Source: Acidobacteriota bacterium (GTDB lineage Bacteria > Acidobacteriota > Blastocatellia > Pyrinomonadales > Pyrinomonadaceae). From it: a DNA stretch of 64,000 nucleotides. A model generated the notes under the pieces. The model was given only the letters and a program-made list of their open reading frames with translations, searched no databases and was not told the origin of the DNA. This document shows positions 19,512-29,471 of this stretch, in pieces. The stretch is from contig JAFAVK010000078.1 in assembly GCA_019242475.1 (NCBI GenBank), positions 18,809 through 82,808 of the forward strand, written 5' to 3'. Positions within the stretch are counted from its first letter, which is position 1. Each line of letters opens with the position of its first letter. The position numbers and the translations under genes are program-made.

Positions 19512-21062
19512 CTACTTCATCGTTACCCGCGTGCCTCTACCGCGTGAGGGCGAATTCGGGGCCGTCCGCGCCGTCGCCATCCAGGAGGCGTAGTCCGTCC
19601 CGCGCCCGCCCGCGAGCAGAGGGTCTGCCTTCGAGAAGCCGGGCTCGCGGTTCGGGTCGGCGATGCCGCCGACGGGCACGTCGCGCCCGCCGTTGTAGAA
19701 GGTGTTGTCCGCGTGGTCGAAGCCCGAGACCTTCACGCCCCCGCCCGACAGTTGATAAAGCATCGTCTCGTCCACGACGCCCGAGAGGACGAAGACGTTG
19801 TCGCGCAGCGTGAGCCCCCGGGTCAGCGTCAGGCGCAAGCTCCTCCCGCACCCCTTGGGCCTGCTCTCCACTTCGTTGCCCGGCCGGACGAGCAGCACGC
19901 CGCGCTCGCCGATGCCGACGAACGTGTTGTTGACGACCGTCGCGTCCTTCGCCGCCCAGATCGCCACGGGCTCGACGGGCCGCTCGCCCGGCCGCGTCGA
20001 GACGACGAGGTTGTCGCGCGCCGTCATCCCGTACGACTCGAAGCGCGCGAATGAGCAAGGGCGGCCGTGCCGGCCGTCGATGAAGAGGTCGGGGTCGGTC
20101 GAGCCGCCGGAGAAGGCCGCGCCGGAGTTGTCCACGAAGACGTTGGCCTCGACGAGCACGCGCCGCCCTCCGCCCTTCGAAACGACGCCGCGGTGGCTGT
20201 TGCGGATGACGTTGCGCCGCACGACGGCGTCGTCCACGCACGGCAGGTCAACGGCGGGCTTGCGCTGCGCGTTCTTCCCGTCGAAGAGTTCGTTGTCTTC
20301 AATCGTGATGTGGTGCGCCTGGTTGAACTTGACGAGGTAAAGCCTGTCGTCGTCCTGCAAAGGGTCGTAGTCGGGCGTGCAGCCGGCGGGCGGGCAGTCG
20401 TAGTGAATCCTTGAGTTGCGGACGGTGATGTAGCTCGTCCAGAGCGAGCGGTCGTACCACGCGGCCGTGTGTCGGCCGGGCGGGTCGTTCGTCTTAACTT
20501 TATTGAACTCGTCCTCCGGCTCGTAGACGCTATCGCCGTGGACGCCGTTGCGGCGCCGGTTAATCTTCTTGCCGGCGGCATTCGTGTAGTAAGGGTTCGG
20601 GAAGATGTCGAAGCCGTCCACGACGATGCCGCGGGCGAGGTGGAAGCTCACCGAGTCTATGATGACCCCGCGCGGCGTCTCGGCGCGGATGGTGAGCGGG
20701 CGCGCGGGGTCGTAGCGGTAGATTCCGATTGTGTCGGGCCGCGCCGGGTCGGGGACGGGCCGGCGCGGGTCGCCCGACTCCAACTTGTCACTCATCGTCA
20801 GGGTGAGGGAGAGCCTGCCCCATTGCGCCGCCTCGCCCGCCTTTCGGTAGTCGCCGTTCTTCGCGACGACCGTGTCGCCGCTCCCGACGTGCTTGAGGGC
20901 GACGCGCCAGGATTTATAAGGTCTCGTGTAGCTCCCGTCGCCGCGCGCGTCGTCGCCGTCGAGCAGGTGGACGTAGACGGTCTTCCCTTTCGCCTGCGCG
21001 CCCGCGCAAGCGGCGCACAGGAGGAGCGACGCGAGCGCCCATTTTAAAAAGGAGCTATTCAA
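19512..21062 (-). CDS. Secreted right-handed parallel beta-helix repeat protein (pectate-lyase-fold)
   Basis: 516 aa. Signal peptide (MNSSFLKWALASLLLCAACAGAQA). N-terminal TVYVHLLDGDDARGDGSYTRPYKS... is typical of beta-helix proteins. Repeated N-x-(V/I)-x-x-N turns (VRNSRIHY, IEDNELFD, VRRNVIRNS, VEANVFVDNS, ARDNLVV, VVNNTFVG, LRDNVFVL). Confidence 0.75.
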   Translation of the reverse strand: MNSSFLKWALASLLLCAACAGAQAKGKTVYVHLLDGDDARGDGSYTRPYKSWRVALKHVGSGDTVVAKNGDYRKAGEAAQWGRLSLTLTMSDKLESGDPRRPVPDPARPDTIGIYRYDPARPLTIRAETPRGVIIDSVSFHLARGIVVDGFDIFPNPYYTNAAGKKINRRRNGVHGDSVYEPEDEFNKVKTNDPPGRHTAAWYDRSLWTSYITVRNSRIHYDCPPAGCTPDYDPLQDDDRLYLVKFNQAHHITIEDNELFDGKNAQRKPAVDLPCVDDAVVRRNVIRNSHRGVVSKGGGRRVLVEANVFVDNSGAAFSGGSTDPDLFIDGRHGRPCSFARFESYGMTARDNLVVSTRPGERPVEPVAIWAAKDATVVNNTFVGIGERGVLLVRPGNEVESRPKGCGRSLRLTLTRGLTLRDNVFVLSGVVDETMLYQLSGGGVKVSGFDHADNTFYNGGRDVPVGGIADPNREPGFSKADPLLAGGRGTDYASWMATARTAPNSPSRGRGTRVTMK

Positions 21063-21089
21063 CCGACACCCTTTCGCCGACGCCCCGGC

Positions 21090-22442
21090 TCACCTGCCGG
21101 CCGGCGCCGCCGCGCCGACCCAGCGCCCGCCGAGCATGACGCGGCGGACGTTGCGCATGTTCGAGATGTTGGCGAGCGGGTCGCCCTCCACGAGCAGGAG
21201 GTCTGCGAGCTTGCCCGCCTCGACGCTCCCCAGGCGGTCTTCGCTGTGGAAGAAGTGCGCGTTCTCCCAAGTGCCCGCGACGATTGATTCCATCGGCGTC
21301 AGGCCGCTCTCGACGAGCAACTCCAGCTCGCGCTGGTAGGCCCACCCGCGCTCGGCGTGCGGTACGGCCGAGTGCGAGCCGACGACGACGTGCGCGCCCG
21401 CGCGCTTCGCACGCAGCACGAACTCCTCCATGCGCTTGAAGGCGCGGACGTGCATTTCGGTCGTCTCCTTGTCGCCGCGCTGCCGCTCGAAGACGGCGAG
21501 CGTCGGCGAGACGAAGGTGCCGCGCTCGACGATCAGGCGGAAGAGGTCGCGCGCGCGCGGCGAGTTCAGGTCAATCTTGTCCCACATCTCGTAGCGCCCC
21601 TCGCTCCGCGCGCCGTTGTCGGCGAGCACCTTCTGCCGGTACTTCTCCGCCTCGCGCGTCGGCGTCAGGGCCGTGCCGAAGGAGGTGGCGTGCTCGACGC
21701 CGTCCACGCCCGCGCGGATGGCGTCGCCCGCGTCAACTATTTCGAGGTGCGAGGTGACGGGCAGGCCGCGCGCGTGCGCCTCCTCGCAGAGGACGCGGAT
21801 GAGCCCGAGTGGGAGGCGGAAGTAGACCTTGAAGCCGGTCGCGCCCTGCGCGGCGAAGCGCGCGACGCCGGCGCGCACCTCGTCCGCGTCGCGCACGATG
21901 TAGGAGTCCGAAGGGTAGGCGGCGGGCGGCGAGTCGAAGTGCGGCCCCATCAGGAAGAGGCGCGGGACGGGCGCGGCGGCGGCGCGCGCCACGTCGTAAG
22001 CCTCGATCCACTGGCCTGGGTCGCGCACGGAGGTCACGCCGTGCGAGAGGTAGAGCGCGGGCAGCGGGTCGTCGCCGTCGATGTGGAAGTGCGCGTCGAG
22101 CAGGCCGGGCAGCAGCGTCATCCCGCGCGCCTCGAAGACCTCCGCGCCCGCGGGGACTCGCACGGCAGAGCGCGGGCCGACCGCGACGATGCGTTCGCCG
22201 CGCACGACGACCGCGGAGTCGCGGACGGGTGCGCCGCCGCGTCCGTCGATCAGGGTCGCGCCGACGATGGCGATGGTGTGATTCGGGTCTGCCTTCAACA
22301 CCTGGTTGACCTCGACGAGTTGACGACGCCTGGCGGGCGTGCGCGCCGCCGCGCGGCCCCGGCCCTGCGCCGAGACGACGCCACACAGCAGCAGCACGCA
22401 CAGGGCCGCCGAAACACTTCCGCGGATCATTCTCATCATCAT
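21090..22442 (-). CDS. Periplasmic amidohydrolase-family metallohydrolase (paralog of 14245..15504)
   Basis: Signal peptide (MIRGSVSAALCVLLLCGVVSAQ). HxH motif LLDAHFHI, later His residues (VTSHLE, VEHATS, GSHS). Confidence 0.85.
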   Translation of the reverse strand: MMMRMIRGSVSAALCVLLLCGVVSAQGRGRAAARTPARRRQLVEVNQVLKADPNHTIAIVGATLIDGRGGAPVRDSAVVVRGERIVAVGPRSAVRVPAGAEVFEARGMTLLPGLLDAHFHIDGDDPLPALYLSHGVTSVRDPGQWIEAYDVARAAAAPVPRLFLMGPHFDSPPAAYPSDSYIVRDADEVRAGVARFAAQGATGFKVYFRLPLGLIRVLCEEAHARGLPVTSHLEIVDAGDAIRAGVDGVEHATSFGTALTPTREAEKYRQKVLADNGARSEGRYEMWDKIDLNSPRARDLFRLIVERGTFVSPTLAVFERQRGDKETTEMHVRAFKRMEEFVLRAKRAGAHVVVGSHSAVPHAERGWAYQRELELLVESGLTPMESIVAGTWENAHFFHSEDRLGSVEAGKLADLLLVEGDPLANISNMRNVRRVMLGGRWVGAAAPAGR

Positions 22443-22458
22443 TATGGGAACCCGAAAG

Positions 22459-24855
22459 CTATTCCTGTTTGAGTAGGTGGACGCGGAGTCGGCCGTCGCG
22501 CTGCCCCTTGAAGGAGGGTAGGTAGAGGACGCCCGCGCCGTTCGTCATCGCCGTCTGCTGCCAGGCGGGGACGCCGTTGTAGAGGCCGCCGCGCCAGTTG
22601 GCCCGCCCGCCCGTCAGTTGCAATTCGTACTTCGCGTTTGGGCGCAGGCCAGTCACGAGAAGCGCGCTCGACTCCACGTCCGGCACCGTCACCTCGCCGT
22701 CCGCTACACGGCCGTCAACCGCGGCGAAAACGGCGAGCACGCCTCCCTCTATGACCGCGCCCGTCAGGCCCTCGCCGTCGGCCAGCTCGACCCGCCGCAC
22801 GCGCAACGCGCCGCGGTCGCCGATCTCCATGACGTTGAGGAAGAGGTCTTCCTTCGCCGCCTTCGTCGGCGAGACCTCGACGCGCCAGTGCGCGGGGACG
22901 ACGGCGCGCGTGTTCGACTGAAGGAGCTTATCGAAATCCTCCCCCCAGAAGGTCTTCCACATCCGCCGCAGGTACGGGTCTTCGGGGAGCGGCCCGCCCT
23001 CGGGCGGGTCGAGCGGCCAGTTCTGCCCCGAGCCCCACGCGCCGCCGCGCTCGTCGCCGGGCGTCCAGAAGTCGTTGCCGTCCCCGCCGCGCTTCGTCAC
23101 TTCTCGCTCGGCCGGGAGCAGAGTGTGCACGCGCAAAGCGCCGCGGCCGTCCTCGTACGTGAACTCCGAAGCGTTCGTGTAACTCGTCCCGCCGTGGCCC
23201 GTGTCACGCCCGCGTTCGTCGGCGGTGACTTTCGGCTCGCCGACCCCGTGCAAAAGCCAGGTCTTCTTAAAACTCGGGTCGGTGCTGCGCACGCGGTCGA
23301 AGACGTAGAGAACGTTGTCGGAGGGCGTGTAGACCAGCTCGCGCGTGAACAGCTCGACCTTCGAAGAGTTGTAGGCGCGCGTCGCGTCTCCGCGCGCGTA
23401 CTGGTAGGCGCCGGGCTGGTAGTCCACGGCCTCCATCCGCCCCTCGTCCCACAGCTCGCGCGTGCGCTGGAAGTCCTCGCGGCTGCGCACGGTGTTCCAG
23501 TAGCGCGAAGAGTTCATCCGCTGGCCGCCGTCGTTGGCCGCGGGCCAGAGGTTCTCGGCCCAGAAGAAGTGCTCGCGCGGGTCGTAGACGAGCATTGAAT
23601 TATGGGCGATGGTGCGGCGGTAGTAGTTGAGGTAGTGCGGGCTCTCGGTGTCGGTGTAGTCGGCGCCGCTCTCGGTGGCGAGGTAGCCCTTGTGGTAGAT
23701 GGTGAAGTGGTTCTGGTCGAGGTGCTGGTGCTTGGCGAGGTACGGCCCAGAGTTGAACTCGATCCAGGTCGAGTCCGGCCCGAAGCCGTCGCGCATGACG
23801 AGGTGGCCCGTGCCGCGGAAGAGGTGTTGACGCGAAAGCTCCGCCTCCGTCGAGAGCGCCGGGTCGCGCGTCGGGACGGAAGGGTCGTCCCAGAGGAACT
23901 GCGTGACGGGGATGTACCAATTCTTCGTGTCGGGCCAGCCCGATTCGCGCAGCATCCACGCGGCGTAAGGGTCTTTGAAGCGGTGGACGGCGTAGCCGAG
24001 CACCATGTTGTCCTGCGCGCGCATGAACGGAAACTCGTTGTCGCCGAGGCGCGAGGTCGTGCCGTCGGGCAGCGCCTTATAAAGGTAAGTATCCGTGTAG
24101 TGCCGGAAGACCGTGTAGCGCAACGCCGGGTCAACGCCGTAGGCCGTGCGGCCGAGTTCCGCGAGCAGGGCCAGCGGCGCGTAGGTGATGCGCTGGTAGT
24201 CCATCGACTCGTGGTAGCCGCCGTCGGGCGTGATGAAGTCCGTGAGGTCGAGGATGTGCTCCCACACGCGCCGCGCCCGCTCGCGCATCGGCGCCGCCTC
24301 GCGCTCGACCGATGGGTGGCCCTCGACGGCCGTCAGCGCAAACGTCGCGAACGTGAGGTAGCGCACGGTGTAGTTGTGGTACATCGAGAGCGCGGGGTCT
24401 TTGAGCGACTGGTCTTCGAGCATCTGCCCCGCGCCCTTGACCAGCTCCGCGGCCACGCGGTCTTTGAGCGCCGCGTCGAAGCCCGCGTAGTTGTAGAGCC
24501 AGTCGAAGGCGAGCGACCAGCGGACGTAGTCGGGGTAGGTGCGCGAGCCGGCCTTCTCGGGCGGGTGCGTGCGCCGCATCTCCTCGACGGCGCGCCGCGC
24601 GAATGACTCGTCGTTCGTCAGAAGGTACGTGAGCGCCCAGCCCGCCAGATCATCAGAGGGGCGCATCCCCGCGGCGTACCTCGCGCGCAAAGCGGCGAGC
24701 CCCGTGAGCGGGTCGCGCTCGCCCAAGAGCATGCGCGGGCGGACGACCTTCGAAGGCGCGTTCGATTGTGCCCGCGCTGCGCACAACACCGGAAGGCAGA
24801 GTGCGAGCGCAAGCGCGAAGGTCATGCGTTTTGTCGTCGTCATCGTCGTCATCAA
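22459..24855 (-). CDS. Secreted heparinase II/III-like protein (second copy)
   Basis: 798 aa with a signal peptide. Alpha-toroid-like N-half (DYVRWSLAFDWLYNY, SMYHNYTVRYL). Heparinase II/III signature region (SGPYLAKHQHLDQNHFTIYHKGYLATESG ... IAHNSMLV). Confidence 0.8.
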   Translation of the reverse strand: MMTTMTTTKRMTFALALALCLPVLCAARAQSNAPSKVVRPRMLLGERDPLTGLAALRARYAAGMRPSDDLAGWALTYLLTNDESFARRAVEEMRRTHPPEKAGSRTYPDYVRWSLAFDWLYNYAGFDAALKDRVAAELVKGAGQMLEDQSLKDPALSMYHNYTVRYLTFATFALTAVEGHPSVEREAAPMRERARRVWEHILDLTDFITPDGGYHESMDYQRITYAPLALLAELGRTAYGVDPALRYTVFRHYTDTYLYKALPDGTTSRLGDNEFPFMRAQDNMVLGYAVHRFKDPYAAWMLRESGWPDTKNWYIPVTQFLWDDPSVPTRDPALSTEAELSRQHLFRGTGHLVMRDGFGPDSTWIEFNSGPYLAKHQHLDQNHFTIYHKGYLATESGADYTDTESPHYLNYYRRTIAHNSMLVYDPREHFFWAENLWPAANDGGQRMNSSRYWNTVRSREDFQRTRELWDEGRMEAVDYQPGAYQYARGDATRAYNSSKVELFTRELVYTPSDNVLYVFDRVRSTDPSFKKTWLLHGVGEPKVTADERGRDTGHGGTSYTNASEFTYEDGRGALRVHTLLPAEREVTKRGGDGNDFWTPGDERGGAWGSGQNWPLDPPEGGPLPEDPYLRRMWKTFWGEDFDKLLQSNTRAVVPAHWRVEVSPTKAAKEDLFLNVMEIGDRGALRVRRVELADGEGLTGAVIEGGVLAVFAAVDGRVADGEVTVPDVESSALLVTGLRPNAKYELQLTGGRANWRGGLYNGVPAWQQTAMTNGAGVLYLPSFKGQRDGRLRVHLLKQE

Positions 24856-24885
24856 TCGGCCGCGGACTCTTCCCGCGCGCCGGCC

Positions 24886-27800
24886 TCAGAGTCCGCCCGC
24901 GCGGGTCGCGGCCTTGCGCGGCGTGCCCAGCTCCGCGAGTTGCGCGCGCGCCAGCTCGTTCTGCGGTTCGAGCTTGAGCGCGCGCTCGAAGGCGGCGCGC
25001 GCCTCGGCCGTGCGCCCGAGCGCCTTGAGCCCCGCGCCCGCCAGCGCGAAGCGGATCGCGCCCGCGGCCGGCCACGGCTCGGCTTCGAGCATCTGCCGCT
25101 CGTCGTTGAGGCGCGCCAGTCGCTCGTAGAGTGCGCGCGCCTCCGCGGCGCGGCCCACGTGTTCGAGCGCGAGCGCCTTGTAGTAGTAGTGCTCCGACCA
25201 GGGTTCTTCAGGCTGCGTCGGCGAGTTCAAAGCCTCTTCGGCCGCGCGGCGCCAGAGCGCTTCGGCCTCCGCGCGTTTGCCGGCCCGCTCAAGCTCGCGC
25301 GCCGCGGCGACGTACTCGCGCGCCTGCGACTCCATCTCCGGGCGGCCGACGCCGAAGTTCCTCGGGTAGTCGGTCGCCTTCATAAACTCTGCGGCGGCGC
25401 GCGCGTGGTCGCCCGACTGCTGCGCCTTGCGCGCTAGCCCGAGGTGCGCGCGGCGGTAGATGCCCAGCGCCGCCTCCTCGCCCTCGCCCGAGGTGAAGGT
25501 CGTCCGCTCCAACAGCGCCGAGGCGTCCTCGAAGCGCCCGGCGTCCACGTAAGCCGCGGCGAGCGACTGGACGAAGGCGGAGCGTTCGCGCACGGACGCG
25601 GGCGCCGACTCAAGCAGCCTGACGCGGCGGTCGGTCGCGTTCAACGAGGCGAGGAGTTGGTCGGCCTCCACGTAGAGGTGGAAGTCTTCGGGCGCGGCGG
25701 CGACGGCCTGGCCGTACTGTGCGGCGGCCTCCTCCTTGCGCCCGGCGACGACCCACAGGGCGCGCGCGAGGTTGCGCCGCGCGACGACGTTCGACGCGTC
25801 GAGCCGCACTGCGTCGCGCCACGCCGCGAGCGCCTCGTCGCCGCGCAGGAGCGAGGCGAGGACGTTGCCGAGGTAGTACGCGGCGCGGCCGTCATCGGGG
25901 TTCGCCGCGCGGGCCGCGCGCAGCACCTCTATCTCCTCGACGCGGTGCGGGAAGACGAACGCCGGGTCGCCCTTCGCGCCAAGCGCGTACTGCTCGCGCG
26001 CACGCGTGCCGTTGCCGCCCCGCTCGTAAAAGTAGCCGAGCGTGTAACTAATCATCGGGCTCGCGCGGCCCGCGCCCGCGTTGGCGACCGCCTCTTCGAG
26101 GAGGCGCACGGCCTCCTCGCGGCGGCCCGCCGCGGCGTAGTCGAAGGCGAGCGTGAGCACGGAGTCGGGCTCGCGCGCAAGAAGTCTCCACAGCTCGCCT
26201 CGGGCGGCCCGCTCCTTCCCTTCGCCGCCGCGCGCGCGTGCAAGCTCCCCCTGCTCGGAGAGCGCGAGGTAGTCAATCGGCATCTGCCGGAGCACGAGGT
26301 CTATGTTCTGCTGCGCCGCGTCGAAATGCCTCTCAAGCCTTTGTGCGAGCGCGAGCACCGTGCGCGCTTTGAGGTCGCGCGGGTCGAGCATCACGGCCGC
26401 GCCGAGGTGTTCGAGCGCCTCCGCATTTCGGCCAGAGGCCAACGCCATCTCGCCCATGACGTAATGCGCGACCTGCTCCCGGTAGCCCGAGCGCACGAGC
26501 CACGTCAGATGCTCCGCGGCCTCGCGCTCGCGCCCCTGCGCACGCCGCGTGAGCGCGAGGTAGTAGTGCGCGTCGCCCGCGTCCTTGTTGCGCAGCAGCG
26601 CGCGTTCAAGGTGCTCCGCCGCCTTCTCGTACTCGCCGGTTCTCAAGTAAGAGAGCCCCAGCTCCGTGTGCGCGGGCGCGAAGCCCGGGTCGCGCCGCAG
26701 TGACTCTTCGAAGGCCGCGCGCAGCTCGACCTCCTTGCTCTTCTTCGCGTGCGCGAGCCCTTCGACGTAAGCCTGCTCGGCGCTCCCCGCGACGGCGGGG
26801 TCGGGCGTGGGCCGGGTCGCGGGCTTGAACTCCGGGTTCCCGTCAATCGGCGTGTCCGTCGAGTAACGAATCAACTCGCGCCCGTCCTTCGCTTTGACGA
26901 CGACCGCGACCGGCTTGCCGGCGGCACCCGCCGGCAGGTCGAAAGATGCCGCGAAGGTCTTCGCCGGGTCGAGGTCAACCTTCTTCGAACCGACGCGGGT
27001 GCCGCCGGCCTCGACTGTAATCTCCGCGTCGTCGAAGCGCGCGTTGGGGCTGACCGTGACGCTCGCACGATTGCCTTCGACGCTCAGGCGCAGCGCGGCC
27101 TCGCTCGTCGCCTCGCTCCAATCGCCGCCGAGGCGGTTGACGCCGAACCAGTGCTCCGTGAAGTGCTCGACGCGGTGCGGCGCGATGAGCTGGTGCTCCA
27201 ACTGCGTCTCGAACCGCCCGGCCTGGAACTCGACGTACTGGCCGTCCTGCTTGTCGGTCAGCTTCTCGATCCAGATGTGGCCGCCCTCGTCCGTGCCCCA
27301 CGTCCAGGTCTTCTTCCCCGGCATCTCGCGGTGGTCTGCGACGTGGACGACGCCCCAGTCGGACTTCTCGTAGTAGACGCCGAAGAAGTCGCGCGAGGAG
27401 TTGCGCGCAAACAGCGAGAGGAAGTTCGGCACCTCGCGGTAGGTGCCGACGTCCACGCCCTTCTCTTTGGGGAAGGAGAAGACGGGCCAGAAGGCGTGCG
27501 GGTACGCCTCGCGCATGGGGTAGACGAAGCGCATGTCTTCCGAGGCGGGCGCGCCGGCCGTTGACCAGTACCAGTAGCGGCCCGGCAGGAGTCGCCGGTT
27601 GTTCAGGGTCACCTCGGACTCCACGTCCTTGCGGCCGGGCCGGAGGCGGATGGTGACGGCCCACTGCATCCCCTGCACGCGCTCCGTGTCGCCGACGGTG
27701 ACCGCGGCGCTCCCGTCGGCTTCGGTTCGGGTCACGTAGTCTATGGGCGAGACGGTCGTGAGCGTGTGCCCGTCGGGGAAGTTCCACTCGATGCCGCCCG

Positions 27801-28254
27801 AGACCCACGCGCCGCGGATGGCGACCATCGCGTACTTGATGACGGGGTTCGTGTAGAGCACATCGCGGTTCTGCGTCTTGTCGAAGATTTCGTAGAGGTG
27901 CCCGCCGAGTTCCGGCAGCACCGTGACGCGCACGTACTCGTTCTCAAGGCGGACGGCCTTGTAAGTCTTGTCCGCCTTCTTATCCGTCAGCGCGTCGAGC
28001 ATCGGGTACGGGTAGACGGGCCGCCACTTGCGCCGCGTCCAGTCGAGCAGCGGCGGGTACGGGTTCGCCGGCCCGAGTTCGTACGTCGGGATCGTCAAAG
28101 GCTCCTCGGAGACGCGCGCCTTCTCGCCCGACTGCGCGCGCGCGACGACGCACACGAGCGCCACGACGAGCGCCGCGAAACAGAACTTCGCCACAAGCGC
28201 AGACGGACTCATCGCGGCACGACGCGCGAACGAATTATTCCCTGTGTGGTTCAT
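24886..28254 (-). CDS. DUF5107-like N-terminal domain fused to a long TPR array, secreted
   Basis: 1122 aa. The N-terminal roughly 400 aa (LTIPTYELGPANPYPPLLDW..., YVRVTVLPELGGHLYEIFDKTQNRDVLYTNPVIKYAMVAIRGAWVSGGIEWNFP) matches my memory of DUF5107. The remaining roughly 650 aa are Ala/Leu/Arg/Glu-rich TPR-like repeats. Confidence 0.7.
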   Translation of the reverse strand: MNHTGNNSFARRAAMSPSALVAKFCFAALVVALVCVVARAQSGEKARVSEEPLTIPTYELGPANPYPPLLDWTRRKWRPVYPYPMLDALTDKKADKTYKAVRLENEYVRVTVLPELGGHLYEIFDKTQNRDVLYTNPVIKYAMVAIRGAWVSGGIEWNFPDGHTLTTVSPIDYVTRTEADGSAAVTVGDTERVQGMQWAVTIRLRPGRKDVESEVTLNNRRLLPGRYWYWSTAGAPASEDMRFVYPMREAYPHAFWPVFSFPKEKGVDVGTYREVPNFLSLFARNSSRDFFGVYYEKSDWGVVHVADHREMPGKKTWTWGTDEGGHIWIEKLTDKQDGQYVEFQAGRFETQLEHQLIAPHRVEHFTEHWFGVNRLGGDWSEATSEAALRLSVEGNRASVTVSPNARFDDAEITVEAGGTRVGSKKVDLDPAKTFAASFDLPAGAAGKPVAVVVKAKDGRELIRYSTDTPIDGNPEFKPATRPTPDPAVAGSAEQAYVEGLAHAKKSKEVELRAAFEESLRRDPGFAPAHTELGLSYLRTGEYEKAAEHLERALLRNKDAGDAHYYLALTRRAQGREREAAEHLTWLVRSGYREQVAHYVMGEMALASGRNAEALEHLGAAVMLDPRDLKARTVLALAQRLERHFDAAQQNIDLVLRQMPIDYLALSEQGELARARGGEGKERAARGELWRLLAREPDSVLTLAFDYAAAGRREEAVRLLEEAVANAGAGRASPMISYTLGYFYERGGNGTRAREQYALGAKGDPAFVFPHRVEEIEVLRAARAANPDDGRAAYYLGNVLASLLRGDEALAAWRDAVRLDASNVVARRNLARALWVVAGRKEEAAAQYGQAVAAAPEDFHLYVEADQLLASLNATDRRVRLLESAPASVRERSAFVQSLAAAYVDAGRFEDASALLERTTFTSGEGEEAALGIYRRAHLGLARKAQQSGDHARAAAEFMKATDYPRNFGVGRPEMESQAREYVAAARELERAGKRAEAEALWRRAAEEALNSPTQPEEPWSEHYYYKALALEHVGRAAEARALYERLARLNDERQMLEAEPWPAAGAIRFALAGAGLKALGRTAEARAAFERALKLEPQNELARAQLAELGTPRKAATRAGGL

Positions 28255-28285
28255 ATGAATGTTTCCTAAAAACAGTCGCCGACTC

Positions 28286-29437
28286 TCAGGCTTTGAACTC
28301 TTCCGAGGCGACCGTGTAACGCTCGACCTTCTCGCGCGAGACGGCGAAGCCGTTGCCCGCGCCTGCGGCTATGTGTATGTAGCCCTCTCCGTCGATTGTG
28401 ATCGCGGGCTCGATTAAGTCGTCCGCGTACCAGCGCGCGGACGCCTCGATGTCGGTCGGGTATTCGAAGCCTTCGAGCGCGGCGAAGTGGAGCCCCTGCG
28501 CGGAGGCGACGCCGAGTTCCGGCATCGTGCCGACCCAGCAGCCGAGCCCCGCCGCGCGGGCGCGCCCCCGCATCAGACGTGCCTCGCTCAAACCTCCGAC
28601 GCGCTGCACCTTGATGTTGATGATGCGCGCAGACCCCAGCGCGATGATCTCTTCGAGCGCGCCGGGGGATTCGGCCGACTCGTCCGCGCAGAGCGGCGTG
28701 CGCAGCCGTCTTTGCAACTCGGCCGCCTCGGCGTGCGCCTCGCGCGCGAGCGGCTGCTCGATCATCAGCAGGCCGTGCGCGTCGAGTTCGCGGAAGACCT
28801 CCGCGTCCGCGAGCGTGTAGGCGGCGTTCGCGTCAACCGTCAAAGGCACGGCGGGGAAGCGCGCGCGCACGGCCGCGACCGGCTCCAAATCCCAACCCGG
28901 CTGAATCTTGATCTTCACGCGCCGGTACCCTTCGGACACGTAGCGCCCGGCGCGCTCCAGAAGCTCCCCGACCGTGTCGTAGATGCCCAGCGCGACGCCC
29001 GAGGGCACGGGCCGCGCCCGCCCGCCGAGCAGCTCGCACAAAGGCGCGCCTAAAGTTCGCGCGTGCGCGTCCCACAAAGCGCCTTCGAGACCGGCCTTCG
29101 CGAACGGCTCGCCGGGCACGCCGCGGAGCGCCAGGTAAACCTGCGCCGCGTCTATCTCCCCCACGCCGAGTGCGAGCGGGACGAAGGTCTCGCGTAGCGC
29201 ACGCCACGCACCGTCGGGCGTGTCCGCCGAGTAGAAGGAGCCGGACATCGGCGACGCCTCGCCCCAGCCCTCGACGCCGTCCGACGTTCTGACCTCGACG
29301 AGCACGGCCTCCTTCTCCGCGACCGAGCCGCTGCTGATGCGGAAGGGTTCGAGCAGCGGCACGCGCACGCGGTGCAGCGCGACGCTCTCGATTCTTAAAC
29401 CGGTTCGTTCCACCTTTGCAGTCACAACTCTTCCCAA
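28286..29437 (-). CDS. Enolase-superfamily enzyme, OSBS / N-acyl(succinyl)amino-acid racemase subgroup
   Basis: All MR/MLE catalytic positions are recognisable: KxK (RVKIKIQPGWD), metal ligands (TVDANAAY, MIEQPL, LCADES) and the second catalytic Lys (INIKVQRVGG). The KIKIxPGWD motif resembles Amycolatopsis NSAR/OSBS (memory). Confidence 0.85.
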   Translation of the reverse strand: MGRVVTAKVERTGLRIESVALHRVRVPLLEPFRISSGSVAEKEAVLVEVRTSDGVEGWGEASPMSGSFYSADTPDGAWRALRETFVPLALGVGEIDAAQVYLALRGVPGEPFAKAGLEGALWDAHARTLGAPLCELLGGRARPVPSGVALGIYDTVGELLERAGRYVSEGYRRVKIKIQPGWDLEPVAAVRARFPAVPLTVDANAAYTLADAEVFRELDAHGLLMIEQPLAREAHAEAAELQRRLRTPLCADESAESPGALEEIIALGSARIINIKVQRVGGLSEARLMRGRARAAGLGCWVGTMPELGVASAQGLHFAALEGFEYPTDIEASARWYADDLIEPAITIDGEGYIHIAAGAGNGFAVSREKVERYTVASEEFKA

Positions 29438-29471
29438 TTCACATGGCGAGTCAACGCGCTTACGCAGTGCG

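Noticed and set aside
28286-29437. Calling the enolase-superfamily gene menC (o-succinylbenzoate synthase of menaquinone synthesis).
   Set aside because: There are no men genes in 64 kb of context, and the gene is embedded in a catabolic operon. OSBS/NSAR-subgroup members are known to be promiscuous racemases, so I give only the subgroup call.
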